NCBI GenBank assembly: GCA_965219455.1
Contig: OZ244744.1
Span: 2,432,001 to 2,496,000, forward strand
Origin: Candidatus Latescibacterota bacterium
GTDB taxonomy: Bacteria > Latescibacterota > UBA2968 > GCA-2709665
Length of the DNA stretch: 64,000 nt
Reading direction: 5' to 3'
The position numbers and the translations under genes are program-made. The notes beneath the pieces were generated by a model. The model ran no database searches. It was not told the origin of the DNA and was given only the letters and a program-made list of their open reading frames with translations. Shown in pieces: positions 9,652-19,618 of the stretch (position 1 is its first letter; every line of letters begins with the position of its first letter).

Positions 9652-12600
9652 ATGCCATGCGGTCAACAACAGGCGCCACTTTCCGACATAAAGGCGCGCA
9701 TCGAGGCGCTAACCCAACACCGTCGCTCCTTTCTTGTGGAGGCGGGCGCGGGGAGTGGAAAGACAGCGCTCATGGCCGGCCGGGCGGCGCTCCTCATCGC
9801 CTCCGGTGTCGAGCCGAAGCACATCGCCGCAATCACCTTTACCGAAGCGGCCGCCGCCGAGCTTCTGGAACGTATCGAAGGCATAGTGAGTACACTGCAA
9901 TCCGGCAAGATTCCTGCCGAACTCGCTCCGGCCCTGCCGTGCGGTCTAAGCGACGAGCAGCGCGCCAATCTCAAGGAAGGCGCTGGCGAAATCGACGAGC
10001 TGACCTGCACCACCATCCACGGCTTTTGCCAGAAACTGATCACGCCGTATCCGGTGGAGTCCGGCCAGGACCCCGGCGCATCCATCATTGACCCGGCCGT
10101 AGTGAAACTCGTCTTTGACGACCTGCTGGAAGGCTGGCTCTCCGCACGGTTCGGGCGGAACCCCGGCGAAGACGGCCTGGGGCGTATGCCTCGGATTGAG
10201 CATTCCGACGCGGAGGGGGAGGATCTTTTCGCATCCCTGATGCAGAAGGCGCCAGATCACACGCTAAACCTGATCAGGAGCACGGCGCATTTTTTGAGAA
10301 TACACCGGACGGCCCGCGCCGCGGTTTCCGAAGTCGATCGGGAGGCCTATGCAAAGTTTGTCGACGCCGCGCGCGTTTTCGCGGCCTGGTATGATGACAC
10401 GGGTATTGAAGAACCCGGCACCGCCGCCATTGCCGATAGTTTCCTTGAAACGGTGGAAAAAATGGGTGAGCCCTGGGCCGGTCGGATTCCAGCGGAACGC
10501 CTCGCCCGAATGCTCCATCACCGCCCGCCGGACGCCTGCAAGAAAAATGGCAGAGCGTTCAAAAAATGGCAAGCCAAGGGAAAGTGGGAGGAAGCCGCTA
10601 AAGCCTCAGGGGGTAGCAAGGCGCAGGGCGCTGGCTTATACGCTGATGGCGTGGGGCTGTATGAAGCGTGCGGCAATGCTTATACCGCATTTTGCAACAC
10701 CCTCGGCGGCATGGCGTTCCAGCGCTTCGTTGCCGAGTTCGACGCGAACCGGAAAATCTACCGGGAATACAAGCGCGATGCAGCCCTGCTCGATTTCGAC
10801 GACCTGCTGTACCAGGCCAGGGATCTCCTGCGGAAACACGAACCGATCCGCAGATCCCTGTCCAGGCGCTACACACGCATCCTCGTGGATGAATTCCAGG
10901 ACACCGATCCACTGCAGGCCGAAATCATCTGGAGGCTGGCCGGCGAGGGGAATCCGAAGATACCGTGGCAGGAACGCGTCATTCGTCCGGGGGCGCTCTT
11001 TCTGGTGGGCGACCCCAAGCAGGCGATCTACAGGTTCCGCGGCGCGGACGTGCAAACGTACCTTGTTGCCAGACAAGCACTTGCCAAGCGCGATCCCTCC
11101 GCAATCCTGAGCGTCACGGCCAACTTCAGGTCAAGGGCGCCCATACTGGATTACGTCAACGGCCACTTCAAGAGCCTGTTGGATGCATCCCGGGGGCAAC
11201 CGGGATTTACGCCACTTACGACAACACGCGACGCGGGCGATGAAACGACCGGCGCGAGCGTCGCGGCCTTCGATATCAAACTGGGCGACGCGCACAGAAA
11301 CAAGAAGGGTAAGCTCATTGTCGAAAGAATCCGCGAGGAAGAAGCCAGGGTTGTCGCGGATACCCTGGACAGGCTGATCGGATCCTATCCCGTCTACGAC
11401 AAGGACGAGGGAAAATCAAGGCCGGCGCGGGCCGCCGACGTCGCCCTGCTCGCCCCCACCGGTACCAGCCTCTGGATTTACGAGCGGGCGCTCGAGGAAA
11501 AAGACATACCCATCGCCACACAGGCGGGGAAGGGTTTCTTCCGGCGGCAGGAGGTCCAGGACCTGATCGCGGTTTCCAGAACCGTTGCTGACGCCCGCGA
11601 CACGCTGGCTTTCGGCGCATTGATCCGCGGTCCGCTGGTTGGCCTTTCCGATGAGCAGATCGCCAACGAGATCCTGGCGTTGCCTGTCTGCGCGGAACGT
11701 ACCGTCCGCCTCGACGTCAATACCGATCCATCGCTGGTCGTGAGCCCGGTTCTGCGACAGACGCTGGAAGTCCTGCAAGACCTGCGCCGAAAACGCCATA
11801 GCACTGCGCCATACCAGATACTCGCGGAGGCGGTTGAGGCGCTTCACGTTCGTCCGATTCTGATTGCGCGCCACCGGGGGGGCGCCGAACGCGCTATGGC
11901 CAACGTTGAATTGTTATTGGAAATGGCGCGGCCCTATGCGGCGCGGGGCATTGAAGACTTCGCGCGAGCGCTCCGGCAGAGGTGGGAAGACGGGGACGCC
12001 CAGGTGGAAGGCCGTCACGACGCCGCGACAGCTGCGGTTTCGATTGTCACCATGCATTCGGCCAAGGGCCTGGAATGGCCCATTGTGATCCCCATCAATT
12101 CTACGACCAGTCCTGCGCATCAGGACACGTTCCTTTATCGGCGGCGGGATGACAGCGTCCATTTCAAGATACTGGGCTACGCAGGCACTGAATATGAAGA
12201 GGCCATGCTGGAGGAGATCGAGGAACTCAACCGGGAGCGGTTGCGGCTTTGGTACGTGGCGCTGACCCGCGCGCGGGACCTGCTGCTGCTGCCCAGGCAG
12301 AGCGAGCGCGTGAACAGGGACTGGATGAGCCTGATCGACGTCGACGTTGAATCGCTTCCCGTCTTCGATACCGGGCGGTTCGGGGGAATGCCGACTTTGC
12401 CAGACGAACCCGCCCGCAACCGACAGGACGCGACAACCTGGCTTCGGGAGGAAGAGGCCATCGCCGCAGGCCGACGACGGATCACCTGGCGCCGGCCAAG
12501 CAGGCACGCCGACGCGGAGCAGATAGAAGACGAATTACCGCCGGCCGTGTTCGCCGGCGAGGAGGAGGCCAGGGAAGCCGCTGACGAGGAAACCGGCGGG

Positions 12601-13104
12601 AGCCCCGTCCATCCGGCTTTGAAACGAGGCCTGATCCTGCACAAGCTGATGGAGGAAGTGCTCACGGGAGAAACGCGGGATGATGCAGCTCACCTACAGG
12701 CGCGCGCGGCGGAACTCATTGAACAGCAGGAACTCGAGGACTCCCCGATTGCGGCGTCACGGATATCCAGCGCCGGAATGGCGGAGATGGTTATCCGTAC
12801 GGTTCGACGTCCTGAGATTGCGGCCCTGCGACCGCGACTGGTTCCCGAGTACTGGGTCTATGGCAGCGACGCCGATGGCCCGGAGATGTCCATTACAGCG
12901 GGCATCGCGGACGCTGTCGCCTTCGATGACGACGGCCGCATCGAAGTGGTCGTGGACTGGAAGAGCGACGTGAACCTCAGGGAGAGGCAAATCAGGATGT
13001 ACCGCGAACAGGTTCGATTGTACCTTAAGGCGACCGGGGCGAGAATCGGACTCATCGTGTTCCTCGGTTCGGGTCACATCGAAACCGTCTTGTCGGGAGA
13101 CTGA
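9652..13104 (+). CDS. AddA-like UvrD-family helicase with C-terminal PD-(D/E)XK nuclease
   Basis: Walker A EAGAGSGKT, ITFTEAAA, TIHGFC, LVDEFQD, VGDPKQAIYRFRGA, TMHSAKGLEW, YVALTRA; nuclease GIADA..VVDWKS..QVRLY. Confidence 0.9.
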   Translation: MPCGQQQAPLSDIKARIEALTQHRRSFLVEAGAGSGKTALMAGRAALLIASGVEPKHIAAITFTEAAAAELLERIEGIVSTLQSGKIPAELAPALPCGLSDEQRANLKEGAGEIDELTCTTIHGFCQKLITPYPVESGQDPGASIIDPAVVKLVFDDLLEGWLSARFGRNPGEDGLGRMPRIEHSDAEGEDLFASLMQKAPDHTLNLIRSTAHFLRIHRTARAAVSEVDREAYAKFVDAARVFAAWYDDTGIEEPGTAAIADSFLETVEKMGEPWAGRIPAERLARMLHHRPPDACKKNGRAFKKWQAKGKWEEAAKASGGSKAQGAGLYADGVGLYEACGNAYTAFCNTLGGMAFQRFVAEFDANRKIYREYKRDAALLDFDDLLYQARDLLRKHEPIRRSLSRRYTRILVDEFQDTDPLQAEIIWRLAGEGNPKIPWQERVIRPGALFLVGDPKQAIYRFRGADVQTYLVARQALAKRDPSAILSVTANFRSRAPILDYVNGHFKSLLDASRGQPGFTPLTTTRDAGDETTGASVAAFDIKLGDAHRNKKGKLIVERIREEEARVVADTLDRLIGSYPVYDKDEGKSRPARAADVALLAPTGTSLWIYERALEEKDIPIATQAGKGFFRRQEVQDLIAVSRTVADARDTLAFGALIRGPLVGLSDEQIANEILALPVCAERTVRLDVNTDPSLVVSPVLRQTLEVLQDLRRKRHSTAPYQILAEAVEALHVRPILIARHRGGAERAMANVELLLEMARPYAARGIEDFARALRQRWEDGDAQVEGRHDAATAAVSIVTMHSAKGLEWPIVIPINSTTSPAHQDTFLYRRRDDSVHFKILGYAGTEYEEAMLEEIEELNRERLRLWYVALTRARDLLLLPRQSERVNRDWMSLIDVDVESLPVFDTGRFGGMPTLPDEPARNRQDATTWLREEEAIAAGRRRITWRRPSRHADAEQIEDELPPAVFAGEEEAREAADEETGGSPVHPALKRGLILHKLMEEVLTGETRDDAAHLQARAAELIEQQELEDSPIAASRISSAGMAEMVIRTVRRPEIAALRPRLVPEYWVYGSDADGPEMSITAGIADAVAFDDDGRIEVVVDWKSDVNLRERQIRMYREQVRLYLKATGARIGLIVFLGSGHIETVLSGD

Positions 13105-13217
13105 AAACACGAGCACGTCGTTTACGGAGGAGTTGAACAACACCCGATCACCGTGCCAAACGCGGGAATATCGATTCGGTCGCCTGCAGGATCGGAGCCG
13201 AATACGGAAGTATCTGA

Positions 13218-16045
13218 ATGTCTACTGCTCGAAACCTCATGGCGACCCTGCAACGCCACGTCACCCCGCCAGCCTCCCGACCATTTCCGGTCGACCTGGG
13301 CCTAGCGGCCGGATTTTTCTGCGCATGGCTGGCGCTTTGCGGCTTCGATCCCCTCGTCGCGGCAGCGACGGACGAGCTGCGCCTGGCAATCAGCACCGGC
13401 CCATACCACATGCGATGGCCGCCTTTAGGGCCAGCCGCCATCGGCTTTGCGGGGCTGGTCCTGGCGTGGATTCGCCATCGCACTCCCTCTGTTCTACCGC
13501 AACTCCAGGAGCGCCTCCAGCGCGCCACACTTCTTGCGGCCTCCCTGCTTGCCCTTCGCCTTCTCGCACTCTTCGATCCGCTCGTCTACATCTTTCCCTT
13601 CCTTACGATCCTCTGGTCGCCCCATGCGCTGTGGGCCCTGGCCCTCGTCTATCTCGGATATATACACCTGCCCTCCATCTTTGGAGCCAAAGCGCCCCGA
13701 ACCGCCTATATCGCCAGCGCATTGCTGGCCGTGTGCCTGCCGATGTATGTACTCTACGCGCTCTACTTCTGCCAGGTGACCATGCTGCACAGCGACGAGG
13801 GCCAGTACCTGCGCGTGACCCAGAGCTTGCTGCACGACGGAGACATGGACCTGGCCAACAATTTAAGTGCTGAACAGGTCCGCGAGTTCCACGTCATCGA
13901 TTTTCCTCTCGTCAAGACGCCGGCCGCGCCCGAGGGCAAAGTCCACTCGACGCACCCGATCGGGCTGTCCATTACCCTGGTACCTGCCTACTGGTTTGGC
14001 CTGGAAGCGTGGAAGAACCCTCGCCTGGCCACGGCGCTGTTTATCGCTTTTCTAGCAAGTCTGTGCGTTCCCTTGCTTTATGTATACCTGACCCGGCTGG
14101 GCGCCGACCGTTTGGGGGCGGTGGCAGCCACCGGTATAATGGCCGTTACCGGGCCCTATTTTTATTATACCAATCAGGTCTACCCTGAGTTCCCAGCCAT
14201 TGCCATTGTGTTGGTCGTGCTGCTGGCCCTGGTACACTGGCAGATCCCCGGCGGCAGGTACCGTTGCATGGGACGCGGAGAGCCACTGATACTCGGACTC
14301 CTGGCCCTGCTGCTCTGTTGCCTGCCGCTTCTCCACCCTCGGTACGTTCCGTTGGGATTCCTCTGCGGTGCAGTGCTGCTGCTGCAGGCATGGTACAGCC
14401 CGAGACGGAGGCTCGCTCTCTTCCTGATCGGCCTAGTCGTCGCCGGCGGGCTCTATGCCGTCATCGCCTACCACCATGCGTTCAGCGACGACTGGCTGGG
14501 ACCGCTTCGCCCCGGAATTGGTCCGCGGGGCGAGGAACCTTTCGACATCGGAACGACGGCCATTTCCATCCCCGGTCAATGGTTACACGCCCGAAGGGGC
14601 ATTCTCAACACCTCGCCCAGCTACTTCTTTGCTCTGTTCGGACTGCTCACCCTTGCCAAGTTGCACGATCGTCGCGTACTCATAGCAATCGTCCTTTACG
14701 TCGCCACCGCCGGCATCTGGAGTCTTCACACGGTTTGGGTCGGTGGCCATGACCTTCCCGGACGCTTTATGATGGCAGCGCTTCCGGTGCTGGCCATCGG
14801 GCTGGCCTGGGGCCTGGCGCCGCTTCTGCGACGGCCAACAACCAGTTTTCTGGTGGCAATTGCCCTGGCGATCGGCCTTGAAAGCGTTCTTCATACCCTG
14901 ATGCTGCCCGAAACGGGATATAAGGGCAATAACCTGCTTGGCCGTTCCATCGCCCGCTTCTATCCGTTTCAAATGCACTTTTTCGGAAGAGAACAGCAGG
15001 ACCTTCCGCTGCTGGATCTCACTTTCTGGGGGGTCTTGGCGGCCGCTCTGTTCTTCCGCCCTCGGCATGCCGGCCTGCGTGCAGCTTTCATCGCTGTGGC
15101 TGCCGTTGTTCCTTTCTTATGGGGTCAATCCGACACGTTGGCCGCACGGCTGCAGCACAGCAGATCACCCTATATGCCCGCCCTCTCACACAAGATCGAA
15201 CCAATGCGATTCGAATTCAAAATCCCGCTGGATCCGGTTAACAAGAACGCCGCGACTTCCGATGGAAGTGTCCACGCCCGACCCGGGCAGACACGCCCGG
15301 GGAACGTGGGTTATTCACGGATGTTCATTCCGTTGATGGGCGTCCCTCAACGCGGGTGATGGGCGTCCCTCAACGCGGCAACTATCTGCTGAACTTTCAA
15401 GGGCTGCAGGTCGAAGCGCCAGAAGGGGAGATTTCCGGCTATCTGACACTTTCGCGCCGGTATACGGTTCCGGCCGTATCAAGATGGAGCACCAGGTCCA
15501 ACTATCCACTCATCGGCGGCAAGGTCGATGGAGACCAATCCCTCATATTCGACATCGACCGGCCACGCTTGTGCTACGTCCACACCTTCTACACGGGAAC
15601 CGACGAACTGGCGCTGGATGGGATCCGCGCCAGGTTGATACCGGTACGTACTTTGCCCGAGCCGCAACTCACTGAAATCGACCGCGTAGTGCATGAGACG
15701 AATGAGCGGCCCATCCGCGCCGTCCACCGTTTCCGCGATCTACCCGAAGGCCACTACCGCGTCCGCTTTAATCTCAGGGGATCGACGTTTAAATACTTTT
15801 TCGAGCGCCACCCCGCGCCTATCAAAACCGCCGTCTTTACACTCCCGCCACCGGCGCGTCCCCTGGTGCAGGGCGCGCACCCGCCCTGGTGGCTGTCCAT
15901 CCCCTTCGCCGGCGACGATGTCCGCCAGTTGCGCTTCATCCTGGACCGGACCCGGGACGTTCACGTGCTGCTGCAATACGACGGTGGCGGCGACCTGGAC
16001 CTGACCGAGATCGTCCTCTACCGGGAGACCTTCGGCCACCGCTGA
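13218..16045 (+). pseudogene. GT-C-like multi-pass membrane protein with C-terminal soluble domains, split by a 23-bp tandem duplication
   Basis: ORFs 13218-15359 and 15356-16045; SDEGQY..TQSL..DGD.DL.NN, HPIGLS and YPE motifs. The duplicated TGATGGGCGTCCCTCAACGCGG (15334-15355, 15357-15378) explains the frame change. Confidence 0.75.
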
Positions 16046-16169
16046 GGTGGACGCGGGACCGATCCCCCTGGCAGCGTGGTTGAACCGGTCGCGACAAATC
16101 GGTCTAAAGTGTCCGAGTTTTGTGCGTACCGGGAGCGTGTCCAACCGGGCTTTTGGAACACATAAATCG

Positions 16170-16199
16170 TTGACAGGAGCGGTCTCTCCGGCGTATCAT
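16170..16199 (+). promoter_or_regulatory. Putative sigma70 promoter
   Basis: TTGACA-18 bp-TATCAT upstream of the methyltransferase. Confidence 0.5.
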
Positions 16200-16275
16200 T
16201 CAGAAAACAGCGGACGGCATGGGCGCGTGTCGGCCCTGAAGAATTCAATTGAGGCGTTCTTTCGGAGTGTATTGT

Positions 16276-17940
16276 ATGGGTCAAGCATTGAGTCGTCAGC
16301 TTCGTTTTAGCGACGGGGATGTAGCAGAGCGGGATATGCTCGTTGCCTTGAAGAATACTACGGATGTAAGCCTGGAATCCGAGGAACTGATGGGCAAGGT
16401 GAAGGATATAGCCTCGTACTATCACCTGGGAATAGGCAGGTCAGCCGTATTGAGGTCTCTGGATCTTCCCTTAGAGAGCAGGGTGCTGGAACTTGGGGCC
16501 GGGTGCGGGGCCATCACCAGATACCTGGGAGAAACTTTCGCAAGAGTAGACGCTATAGAGGCAAGTACTATTCGCGCAGAGATTGCGCGCGAGCGTTGCA
16601 GGGATCTTAAAAACGTCTTGATCAAATGTAAGGATTTGAAGCACAAGACGTTTGCTCCCAATTATGATATCGCCGTAATTATCGGCGTCCTGGAACACGC
16701 TCCAGTCTACATTTACCCGGGAGTAGCGCCACGAGATGCCTGTTTAAGGTTATTGAAACTGACCCGTAGTGCTTTGGACGTCAATGGAAAGCTGGTACTG
16801 GCTATCGAAAACAGGATTGGTCTGGACTACTGGGCGGGCGCACCGGAGAACCACACCGGAAGGCCCTACGATGGGCTCCACGGGTATCCAAATGCCGGAT
16901 CCCAAATCACGTTCACAAGGAGAGAATTGCGGAAGCTACTAGCAGATGCGGGGTTTTCACACACGGCCTTCTATTACTGTTTTCCCGATTACTCCTTTAC
17001 TAGGACCATATTTAGCTCAACAGGAGACGAACGTGAATATTTCCTCCATAACTGGGTGGATTTTCCACGTGATGCTCTCTCGAATCCACGAAAACCGACT
17101 TTCAATAAACCACTTGCTGCAAAGGTACTTTGTGAGTCGGGGATGCTTAGAGAGTTCGCCAACGCCTTTCTGGTTGTCGCAGGCACCCAATCGGTCCAAA
17201 CTCCGGATTGGATTTCCAAAAAATTCAACCTGAGACGCAAGGAGCCTTTTAGAAACGTCACAACACTATACGTAAACCCCAAACCAGTTGTTCGGAAAAC
17301 CCCTCTCCATTCGGTGGCGAAGGGCATCAACGAAGCATCAATAAACACCGTAAGACAGCAGATGGGCGATGCTGTCTGGCGACCAGGCGATTTGTTAACC
17401 TTCGAGATCGAACATGCGGAGCTTGGACGGAATACGTATGAATACGCAAAAGGGCTGATTGAACGTTACCACGGTGAACTCAAGAATCAATTTGGCACGG
17501 ATGGACAAGATGCTGAAGGTTATCCTCTACTGAGACCCGAGTCCTTGGATGGCATTTTTTCGAATATCATTCAGAACAACGAGGGAGAGTGGCACTTTAT
17601 TGATGAGGAAATACATACAGATTCGAAAATTCCTATCGATTTTATGCTATATAAATGCATTCGGTTCTGTCTACATCGCCACGGAATCCGCGATAGCCAC
17701 GGGAGAAAATTGATTAAATCCCTGTATCCATCGTACAACCGCAGTAGACATATGAATAATCGTGCGCTGGCAGATACATTCCAACACGAAATGTTCCTGA
17801 ATCTGGTTAATCCGAGGCTGCTAAAAAGGAGCCTGCTGGGACGCATCGCAAGGAACGATGTTGTCAGATCTCATTTGGAGAAGGTTTGGTTTAGGACACC
17901 GCATAGTATCCGATCCATAATACGGAAGCGTCTCTTGTAG
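16276..17940 (+). CDS. Class I SAM-dependent methyltransferase of the type found in glycan loci
   Basis: VLELGAGCGAITRYLGE, IGVLEHA, LAIENRIGLDYWAGAPE.H, FPDY; ATG 16276 with GGAG; visibly more AT-rich than flanks. Confidence 0.8.
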   Translation: MGQALSRQLRFSDGDVAERDMLVALKNTTDVSLESEELMGKVKDIASYYHLGIGRSAVLRSLDLPLESRVLELGAGCGAITRYLGETFARVDAIEASTIRAEIARERCRDLKNVLIKCKDLKHKTFAPNYDIAVIIGVLEHAPVYIYPGVAPRDACLRLLKLTRSALDVNGKLVLAIENRIGLDYWAGAPENHTGRPYDGLHGYPNAGSQITFTRRELRKLLADAGFSHTAFYYCFPDYSFTRTIFSSTGDEREYFLHNWVDFPRDALSNPRKPTFNKPLAAKVLCESGMLREFANAFLVVAGTQSVQTPDWISKKFNLRRKEPFRNVTTLYVNPKPVVRKTPLHSVAKGINEASINTVRQQMGDAVWRPGDLLTFEIEHAELGRNTYEYAKGLIERYHGELKNQFGTDGQDAEGYPLLRPESLDGIFSNIIQNNEGEWHFIDEEIHTDSKIPIDFMLYKCIRFCLHRHGIRDSHGRKLIKSLYPSYNRSRHMNNRALADTFQHEMFLNLVNPRLLKRSLLGRIARNDVVRSHLEKVWFRTPHSIRSIIRKRLL

Positions 17941-18036
17941 CTTCTCAGTACGGTCTGAAGTTCGGTATTGAATTAGAGTCTTACAGTGTGACTTCTCGGA
18001 ATGTGTCAAGTAAAATGAGACACGTATCCCCGAAAA

Positions 18037-19059
18037 TTAAGGAAGTTTTTCGTGAGATGCGTCGTGTGTCGTGGGCTTGTTAATCCAGACGGCGTCGGGC
18101 AAGGCCGGCGGTGTGGGCCGCCCCCGCACAAAGCGTTCCGGGTGAGTTGCGTAAGCGTTGAGTAAGGTTTGCTGACGAGCATCTTGAACAAGGGGTGCCT
18201 GGCCATAATGCACCTGTGCAGGCGTCATCAAGGCCAGCCCCGTGTGATGATGCTGGAAATTATACCAGGAAAAGAAGGGTCGTGTCCAGGTTCTGGCATC
18301 CTCCAATGCGCCAAAGCGATCCGGATAATCCGGTCGATACTTCATTGTTTTGTATTGCGCCTCTGAATAGGGATTGTCATTGGGCACGTGCGGTCTGGCG
18401 TGGGATTTGGTGACGCCCAGATCCGACAGCAACAGGGCGAGACTTTTGGCGATCATCGGACCGCCGCGGTCTGAATGAATGGTCAACTGCTGCGGATCCA
18501 CCTCCTGATTTCGGCAACTTTGCTGGATCAATTCTTTAGCCAGGGCAGCCGACTCTCGCCTGGTCACCATCCAGCCCACGACAAATCGGCTGAAGATGTC
18601 CAGCAGCACATATAGATAGAAGTAGGTCCATTTGACCGGTCCTCTCAACTTGGTGATATCCCAACTCCACAGTTGGTTGGGACCTTGCGCCAGCAGTTCC
18701 GGCTTCTTGTAGGTGGGGTGGGAAAGCTGGTTGCGTCGTTCACGCACCTGGTCGTTTGCCTCGAGGATACGATACATCGAGCGCCAGGAGCACAGATACG
18801 TGCCTTCATCAAGCAATTGTGCCCATACTTGGCGGGGTGCGGCATCCTGGAACCGTCCGCTGTTGAGTACATCCAGGACGTGTGCGCGTTCGTCCTGCTT
18901 CAGCGCGCGCGCCGGTAACTGCCTGTCGCTCAACCCCTGGCGCTGCGGCTTGTGCGCCCTGGCCCGGTGTCGGTAAACACTGGCTCTGGGCACACCCAAG
19001 ATCTGACACGCACGTTGGACGCCCACCTTTGTCGCCAACTGGTCCGCAGCCTGTCTCAT
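18037..19059 (-). CDS. IS3-family transposase OrfB (DDE integrase domain)
   Basis: WSWDIT, IHSDRG, NPYSEAQYKT catalytic D-D-E motifs. Confidence 0.92.
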   Translation of the reverse strand: MRQAADQLATKVGVQRACQILGVPRASVYRHRARAHKPQRQGLSDRQLPARALKQDERAHVLDVLNSGRFQDAAPRQVWAQLLDEGTYLCSWRSMYRILEANDQVRERRNQLSHPTYKKPELLAQGPNQLWSWDITKLRGPVKWTYFYLYVLLDIFSRFVVGWMVTRRESAALAKELIQQSCRNQEVDPQQLTIHSDRGGPMIAKSLALLLSDLGVTKSHARPHVPNDNPYSEAQYKTMKYRPDYPDRFGALEDARTWTRPFFSWYNFQHHHTGLALMTPAQVHYGQAPLVQDARQQTLLNAYATHPERFVRGRPTPPALPDAVWINKPTTHDASHEKLP

Positions 19060-19514
19060 TTGCCCTCGGCCTTGTCGGTGTTGTCGTTGTTCAGCCCAAG
19101 CAGATCCGAAAGTTTTTTTTGCACCTCAATGATCGCTTCGGCCTGCCCCAACTTTCTGGACAGGCGCGCATTCTCACCTCGCAATCGCGCCAGCTCCTTC
19201 ACTGATGGATCTGCCGCGGGACGACCTCGCTTCTTGGGGTCCAGCTGTCCCTCGTCGCGCTGCGTACGCCACTTGGTCAGATAGGACGAATACAACCCCT
19301 CGCGACGCAAGACCGCTCCGATCTGACCGGGCCTTGTGCACGCATCCACCTGCTTGAGGATACGCAGCTTATACTGCTTCGTGAAACGCCGGCGCTTGCC
19401 CTTCACCAACACCTCTGCATCGGGAACCTGTTTGGACAGGTCGGCAACATGCGCCTTGACCTTCGATGCCTTCATCCCGTTCTGTCCAGACGGCGCTACA
19501 GATGCATCCATCAT
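19056..19514 (-). CDS. IS3-family transposase OrfA (HTH)
   Basis: RRRFTKQYKLRIL...LRREGLYSS.L..WR; EVQKKL is encoded over an A8 slippery tract at 19113-19120; ATGA overlap with orfB. Confidence 0.88.
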   Translation of the reverse strand: MMDASVAPSGQNGMKASKVKAHVADLSKQVPDAEVLVKGKRRRFTKQYKLRILKQVDACTRPGQIGAVLRREGLYSSYLTKWRTQRDEGQLDPKKRGRPAADPSVKELARLRGENARLSRKLGQAEAIIEVQKKLSDLLGLNNDNTDKAEGK

Positions 19515-19618
19515 CGTTCAGCGCTCCTTCGCCCTCTACATTGCTCTCTAATTCTTATGGGGAAATTGTCTCATTAATATAGGCACAGAGGGTCTACGCA
19601 AAATGCGTAGATAATTAT

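Larger units (their letters stand above)
17997..19592 (-). mobile_element. IS3-family insertion sequence
   Basis: orfA/orfB pair; imperfect IRs TGTGTCAAGTAAAATGAGACA and TGTGCCTATATTAATGAGACA; flanking TCT duplication at 17994-17996 and 19593-19595. Confidence 0.85.
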
